Shown here one piece after another: positions 55,188 through 60,112 of a stretch of 60,112 nt of DNA; the stretch's first letter is position 1, and each line of letters opens with the position of its first letter. The stretch spans positions 1-60,112 of the IMG/VR virus record IMGVR_UViG_3300022918_000112; one strand, 5' to 3'. The position numbers were made by a program, and so were the translations under genes. The notes under the pieces were generated by a model, which was given only the letters and a program-made list of their open reading frames with translations, searched no databases and was not told the DNA's origin. The stretch is from a virus (lineage: Duplodnaviria > Caudoviricetes).

Positions 55188-55300
55188 GCATCGGTAGTCG
55201 CTGTCTGGAAGAACCACGGGCCTCCGCTTGCGGGCATGGCAAGGGCGGCAGCGACTACCGATGCGGACGAAACTGCGGCCTATAACCGCCCACCTGCATC
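55188..55300 (+). ncRNA. Structured leader module, copy B
   Basis: 18-bp stem 55188-55205/55247-55264 plus the shared 15-nt core and short hairpin. Confidence 0.55.
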
Positions 55301-55380
55301 AAATCCCAGAATCGGTTGTTATCGAGCGCTGGCGAACTGAACACGGCCGTGGAACTCGGCGCCGTAGACGTGACCGGCAA

Positions 55381-55534
55381 GCAGATGAATGCGCAGTGCT
55401 GATGCGCATAGGGCTCGGGCCTTGTTGGGATACCTCACGGGATTACAGGGGTGAGGATCGAAGCCGGTCATGCGGAACAGTGACATGACGAACTCAGTAC
55501 TTCATGCCGGGATCAGCTCCGGCCATCTGCACCA
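55381..55534 (+). ncRNA. tRNA-like RNA with complementary loops and ACCA end
   Basis: 7-bp acceptor-like stem, 7-bp arm, 5-bp T-like arm, GCTGAT/ATCAGC complementarity. Confidence 0.5.
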
Positions 55535-55782
55535 CCAACTGCCAGAGCGCACCGCCGCAGTTGAAACCCTGCACGGAGGATTTGCAGCCATGCACCAGTA
55601 AGCAATCGCTGCTGAGCAGCAGTGTTCCCAGCCACTAAAGAGCCGGGCGCTTGGGCCGACGAGAGAATATCGGTTCCGGAGAGCGCGCTTTGTCAGCGCC
55701 CCGCAGCGGGTATATCCCACAGGATCTGCTGATGACATCAGCGCCGGACAAGTAACCGGCCACCCTCCCGACACCACCCGCA

Positions 55783-55830
55783 TGCACTCCCCTCCGCGCC
55801 CAACGGCAACCAGCGGAACGGATGAGTGCA
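55783..55830 (+). promoter_or_regulatory. Nested hairpin element, copy B
   Basis: TGCACTC/GAGTGCA outer stem, TCCGC/GCGGA inner stem, same 19-nt core as 3025-3080. Confidence 0.55.
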
Positions 55831-55873
55831 GCCGAGTTTTGTTGGATCAACACCCGCCACTCTGGAGGCGACC

Positions 55874-56122
55874 ATGGCAACCAGCTATGCAGACGGTGCG
55901 CAGGCCCGAGAGTGGGACAGGCGCTACGACGCTTGGGGGCGCGAGAAGAAATCGAAACCCAACGAGTTCCACGACTACGAGGCTGCCGAGCAGATGCGCA
56001 CTCAGGCGCTGGCTGATCGTGCTGCCCGCGCAATCGAAGAGCGCAAAAGCCTGAAGCGGCGCATTGGCCTGGCCATGGCGCAAATGGAAGAGGTCTGTCC
56101 GCCAAGAGGAGGCGCAGCGTGA
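55874..56122 (+). CDS. Phage early hypothetical protein
   Basis: GGAGG RBS, ATG 55874. Confidence 0.75.
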   Translation: MATSYADGAQAREWDRRYDAWGREKKSKPNEFHDYEAAEQMRTQALADRAARAIEERKSLKRRIGLAMAQMEEVCPPRGGAA

Positions 56123-56352
56123 GCATTGAACAACGCGACCACCAGACGGCAGTTACCTGGATCGAAGGCGAGATCGACAACATGATCCGCGATTTGGGCC
56201 AGCCAAACGCCAGCTCGGCGGCGACATCGGCTATCACTTTGGCCTACCTGCTGCGCGTCATCGACGACGGCGAGCAGCGTCACTACAGGGCGCGCATCGA
56301 CCAGATCTACGCCACCTATAACGAATCGATCCGGCAAGGAGCTGCAGCATGA
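56119..56352 (+). CDS. Phage early hypothetical protein
   Basis: GTGA coupling, GGAGG RBS. Confidence 0.7.
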   Translation: MSIEQRDHQTAVTWIEGEIDNMIRDLGQPNASSAATSAITLAYLLRVIDDGEQRHYRARIDQIYATYNESIRQGAAA

Positions 56353-56543
56353 CGACCGCACCAGTTAAATCACTAATCGACGAGCAGCTCGACGAGATCG
56401 AATCGAAGCTGATCCTGCTGGGTTTCGGCCTACCGTTCAACGAGGTGATTGGCAAGTCACGCGAAGCTTTGGTCGCCAGCCTACCGCGCCATCTGGCCGC
56501 AACCATGAAAGGCGGCCGGATCGCGGTAAGGGTTCGGCCATGA
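56349..56543 (+). CDS. Phage early hypothetical protein
   Basis: ATGA coupling; VKSLIDEQL. Confidence 0.7.
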   Translation: MTTAPVKSLIDEQLDEIESKLILLGFGLPFNEVIGKSREALVASLPRHLAATMKGGRIAVRVRP

Positions 56544-56656
56544 CTTCCTATCAGCGCGCAAAGCGCTTTTGGTTCTGGCGCGGCTCAGCCATCGCCCTGC
56601 TCTTCTTCACCGCCTGGATGCTGGCAAGCGCCTACTCCGGCCAGCTCACTCAATAA
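56540..56656 (+). CDS. 38-aa single-TM peptide
   Basis: ATGA coupling; MTSYQRAKRFWFWRGSAIALLFFTAWMLASAYSGQLTQ. Confidence 0.55.
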   Translation: MTSYQRAKRFWFWRGSAIALLFFTAWMLASAYSGQLTQ

Positions 56657-56698
56657 CCCACACCTTCAAAGCTGCGTACCGCGCCGCAAGGAACTGTC

Positions 56699-57826
56699 AT
56701 GTCCGCAAATACTAAACAAGCGCTCGCACAAGAATCGCTCGAAATGAGCGAAAGCGACGATGTGCAAAAATCTGTAGTCCCTGCGGTAGCCGTCACCGAC
56801 ATCGCCGAATATCGGCCGCACGAAGAACAGATCGTTCGCCTGGAAACCACTTACGCGAAGCTGGTCGTTGACTGCTCGACCAGCGAAGGCTTGGCGAATG
56901 CGAAGGAAGTTCGCGTCGATATCCGCGACGTGCGTTATGCCCTGGCGAACACCACCAAGACCGCGCTCGCTCCCTACCAGCAGAAAGTCAAAGATGCCCA
57001 AGCTCGCGTCAATCAGGTCAAGGAGTTCGGCGAGGCGCTGAAGGATCGAGTCTTGGCAATCGAGGCGCCTGTTGACGAAGCAATCAAGGCCGAAGAAAAA
57101 CGCGTAGCTGATGCCAAAGCCGAGCGCGAGCGTGTCGAGGCTGAACGTGTCGAAGCCATCCGGGCAAAGATTACCCGCTTCAGCTCTGTCGCTGCCGCAT
57201 ATGCAAGCCGTAGCGCCGCCGATATCGCCGACATCCTGCAAGGCGTCAAGGTGTCGGTGATCCTGCCCGAAGAGTATGCCGAGTTCGAAGCTGAAGGCAC
57301 CATCGCTCGCGACAACGCTATTGAGCAACTGGAGACGCTACACAAGTCGGCCGTTGAACGAGAAGAGGCTGCCGCCAAGCTGCTGGCCCAGCAGAAAGAA
57401 CTCGACGAGCTGCGCGAAAAGCAACGCATCGCCGACGCGGAAGCTGAGGAACTGCGAAAGCAGCGAGCCGAAGAAGACCGCCTGCGGCTGAAGAAGCAGC
57501 AGGACGAACTGGACCAGCAGCGCCGCGACATGGAAGCCCAGCAACGCCAACAGCGCGAACGCGACGCGCAGTATCAGCGCGACCAGGAAGAACTGGTCCG
57601 TCTGCGCGCCCAGGCCGCCGCGCCAGCTCCAGTCACCCCGGTGGCTGCGCCAGTGGTCGCAGAGAAGGTCGAAGTCGTGCCCATCGGCGCACATGCGGCC
57701 GCTGCTCAATCCGACGACGTGACTACGACCGCCCCATCGGTTGACGACATTGTCGAGGTTGTCGCCCTGGGTTTCGACGTGGACCTCGACACTGCTCGCG
57801 CCTGGCTTCAAGCCATCCGCTTCTAA
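56699..57826 (+). CDS. Long coiled-coil phage protein
   Basis: E/Q/R/A-rich heptads, upstream of the recombinase. Confidence 0.8.
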   Translation: MSANTKQALAQESLEMSESDDVQKSVVPAVAVTDIAEYRPHEEQIVRLETTYAKLVVDCSTSEGLANAKEVRVDIRDVRYALANTTKTALAPYQQKVKDAQARVNQVKEFGEALKDRVLAIEAPVDEAIKAEEKRVADAKAERERVEAERVEAIRAKITRFSSVAAAYASRSAADIADILQGVKVSVILPEEYAEFEAEGTIARDNAIEQLETLHKSAVEREEAAAKLLAQQKELDELREKQRIADAEAEELRKQRAEEDRLRLKKQQDELDQQRRDMEAQQRQQRERDAQYQRDQEELVRLRAQAAAPAPVTPVAAPVVAEKVEVVPIGAHAAAAQSDDVTTTAPSVDDIVEVVALGFDVDLDTARAWLQAIRF

Positions 57827-57879
57827 CCACCCTTTCCATCTAAAGGCCGAACCACTCCTTGTCGGCCACGGAGAGCGCA

Positions 57880-58869
57880 ATGACTGATTCAGACACCCAA
57901 GCACCAACCGGCCTCGCCACGTACCACGATCCATCCCACAACGCGGCGGCGCTCATTCTCGACCCAGGCACCATGAAGTCGATGAGCGACCTTGCTCTGA
58001 TGATGTCGAAGGGCGCGACAACAGTCCCCAAGCATCTGAAGGGCAATCAAGCCGACTGCATGGCGGTAGTGCTACAAGCAATGCAGTGGCAGATGAACCC
58101 TTTCGCTGTCGCGCAGAAGACGTTCATCGTCAACGGCGGTGCATTGAGCTATGAGGCGCAGCTCGTCAACGCAGTGATCACCGCCAAGGCACCGGTCAAG
58201 GGTCGCTTGAACTTCGAGTGGTTCGGCAGCTGGGAAAACGTCATCGGGAAGATGCGTGAAGTTACCAGCAAAACCAAGAAGGACGAGGACACTGGCGAGT
58301 TCAAAAAGTACCGTGTTCCCGGCTGGAGCTTTGACGATGAGAAGGGTCTCGGGATTAAAGTTTGGGCAACCTTCAAAGGCGAAGACGAGCCACGCGTTCT
58401 GGAGCTACTGCTCACCCAGGTCCGCACGCGGAACTCTACGCTTTGGGCGGAAGACCCCAAGCAGCAGATTGCATACCTGGTGACCAAAAAATGGGCTCGA
58501 CTCTTCTGCCCTGACGTCATCCTCGGCGTCTATACACCCGATGAGTTCGAAGACTCGTACGGCGGCGAAATCGATATCACCCCTGCGAAGCAGGCTTCAA
58601 ACACCGCTGCCGCTGCTGGTGTGTCGTTCGGCCCGAAATCCCCATCGCCGGAAATCGACGGAGTATTCGCAGACCTTCTGGTCGTCGCGAAGCGGCAGGA
58701 CATCGAAGCCTATGCGACAGCCTGGGCAGGTCTCAAGCCTAAGCAGCGCGCAGCGATCGGCCTGGAATGCCACGAAGCACTCAAGAACATGGCTGCAACC
58801 GTTGATGGCGACTTTACCGAAATGACCGGCAATAACGACGGCCTGTCTCAGGCCGAGGAAGCGGCGTAG
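57880..58869 (+). CDS. RecT-family ssDNA annealing protein
   Basis: VPKHL.G..ADC, MNPFAVAQKT, YEAQLVNAVI, ILGVYTPDE. Confidence 0.85.
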   Translation: MTDSDTQAPTGLATYHDPSHNAAALILDPGTMKSMSDLALMMSKGATTVPKHLKGNQADCMAVVLQAMQWQMNPFAVAQKTFIVNGGALSYEAQLVNAVITAKAPVKGRLNFEWFGSWENVIGKMREVTSKTKKDEDTGEFKKYRVPGWSFDDEKGLGIKVWATFKGEDEPRVLELLLTQVRTRNSTLWAEDPKQQIAYLVTKKWARLFCPDVILGVYTPDEFEDSYGGEIDITPAKQASNTAAAAGVSFGPKSPSPEIDGVFADLLVVAKRQDIEAYATAWAGLKPKQRAAIGLECHEALKNMAATVDGDFTEMTGNNDGLSQAEEAA

Positions 58870-59531
58870 TGAGAACGGAACTTCAGGGCACTGAAAAGTG
58901 GCATGCAGACCGATCTGGCCGTGTGACAGCCAGCCGGTTTAAAGACGTGATGGCCTGGGGCAAGCCTGACAAAAATGGGAAGCGCGAGCCTATGGGTGCG
59001 CGCACCTCATACATGCGCGAACTGTGCTTCGAGCGACTGGCAAAGAAGTCCAAGCACAACGTCAGCAGTGCTTCCATGAAGTGGGGTCACACCGAAGAAC
59101 AGAAGGCTCAGGACGCCTACGAGATGCTGACCGGCAACATCGTCATACCGTCAGAGTTCATCGTCCACCCGAAGTACGACTGGCTCGGCTGCTCGCCAGA
59201 CGGCCTGATCAACGATGACGGGGGCACCGAGTCGAAGTGCCCCTTCAATGAGGCGATTCACGTCAGGACATGGCTCGAAGGCATGCCCGAGGAACACATG
59301 CCGCAGGTCCAGGGCTGCTTGTTCGTAACGGGGCGGAAATGGTGGGACTTTCTGTCGTTCGATTCTCGCCAGGATGAGGAGTGTCAGCTCTACATCGAGA
59401 CGATTCACCGCGACGAAGACTACATCGCCAACCTGCACAAAGAGCTGGTCCAGTTCAACCTGGAACTGAATCGCATGGTTGATGAGGTCGCGGACAAAGC
59501 TCGCGCGCAAGCCTATCGGTTAGGCGCGTGA
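58869..59531 (+). CDS. YqaJ / lambda-exonuclease family protein
   Basis: QGTEKW..R.G.VTAS, CSPDGL, ESKCP, QVQG. Confidence 0.9.
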   Translation: MRTELQGTEKWHADRSGRVTASRFKDVMAWGKPDKNGKREPMGARTSYMRELCFERLAKKSKHNVSSASMKWGHTEEQKAQDAYEMLTGNIVIPSEFIVHPKYDWLGCSPDGLINDDGGTESKCPFNEAIHVRTWLEGMPEEHMPQVQGCLFVTGRKWWDFLSFDSRQDEECQLYIETIHRDEDYIANLHKELVQFNLELNRMVDEVADKARAQAYRLGA

Positions 59532-59621
59532 TAGTGAACAGGTTCGATATCCTCAAGCCAACGCTGGTCTCCGCCAAGGGTACCGACAGGCAATCGAAGC
59601 GCTCCTACGCTGAACGCACAT

Positions 59622-59650
59622 AAAAAAAGCCACCTGCGTAGGTGGCTTTT
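59622..59650. terminator. Terminator homologous to the galU terminator at 1730
   Basis: AAAAGCCACC-TGCGTA-GGTGGCTTTT; same stem, different loop. Confidence 0.8.
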
Positions 59651-59673
59651 CAATACAAGAAGCTCAGGTTCTA

Positions 59674-60112
59674 TCAGTAGGCCTTGCCAGTCTTGTAGAA
59701 GTGTTCGAAGCAGAAGTTGGTGGCCTCGATGTAGCCTTCAGCGCCACCGCAGTCAAAACGCTGGCCCTTGAACTTGTAGGCAATCACGCAACCGTTTTTC
59801 GCCTGCTTCATCAGGGCGTCGGTGATTTGAATCTCACCGCCTTTGCCTGGCTCGGTTTGTTTGATCAGCTCGAAAATATCCGGCGTCAGGATGTAACGGC
59901 CGATGATCGCCAGGTTCGACGGGGCATCTTCCGGGGCTGGTTTTTCGACCATGTTGCGAACGCGGTACAAATCATCAGCGATCAACTCGCCGGCGATCAC
60001 GCCGTACTTGTTGGTTTCCATCGGATCCACTTCCTGGATCGCAACGATGGTGCAGCGATACTGCTCGTACAGCTTGACCATCTGGGTCAGGACGCCGTCG
60101 CCTTCGAGGTTG
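59674..60112 (-). CDS. galU: galU, right copy (3' part; continues beyond the window)
   Basis: Protein identical to the left copy over the visible part except N->H near the C-terminus. Confidence 0.95.
   Translation of the reverse strand, partial: NLEGDGVLTQMVKLYEQYRCTIVAIQEVDPMETNKYGVIAGELIADDLYRVRNMVEKPAPEDAPSNLAIIGRYILTPDIFELIKQTEPGKGGEIQITDALMKQAKNGCVIAYKFKGQRFDCGGAEGYIEATNFCFEHFYKTGKAY

Larger units (their letters stand above)
1778..60112. mobile_element. Lambdoid siphovirus prophage (~57.9 kb unit), circularly permuted and bounded by galU repeats
   Basis: Full set of integrase, immunity, replication, terminase, head, lambda-like tail and lysis genes; early operon split between the two ends. 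Confidence 0.93.

Noticed and set aside
55160-55300. Hammerhead ribozyme suggested by GGACGAAAC
   Set aside because: No CUGANGA core correctly placed in either copy
55134-55873. CRISPR array or mini-array
   Set aside because: Repeats are short structural motifs without constant length or regular spacing; no cas genes

Overview
Pseudomonas-type chromosomal segment (gor, galU) holding a complete ~57.9 kb lambdoid siphovirus prophage: early/recombination genes, xis-int, tail, head, terminase, lysis, Q/nin, O/P replication and cII-cro-cI immunity. The prophage is circularly permuted. Its tRNA-Ser attP, with arm repeats on both sides, is intact in the middle (~12.3-12.7 kb), and the element is bounded by two ~98% identical galU copies. 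The simplest reading is a phage carrying its own galU that entered by homologous recombination at host galU; a join of a free circle at that repeat during assembly cannot be excluded from sequence alone. Accessory cargo includes Abi-like, HEPN-like, ART-like, protease, NTase-pair, lipoprotein and beta-helix-pair morons. The early operon has a duplicated structured RNA leader with compensatory changes, start-stop minigenes and a tRNA-mimic ending in ACCA. All family names come from motif recognition by eye, not database searches.
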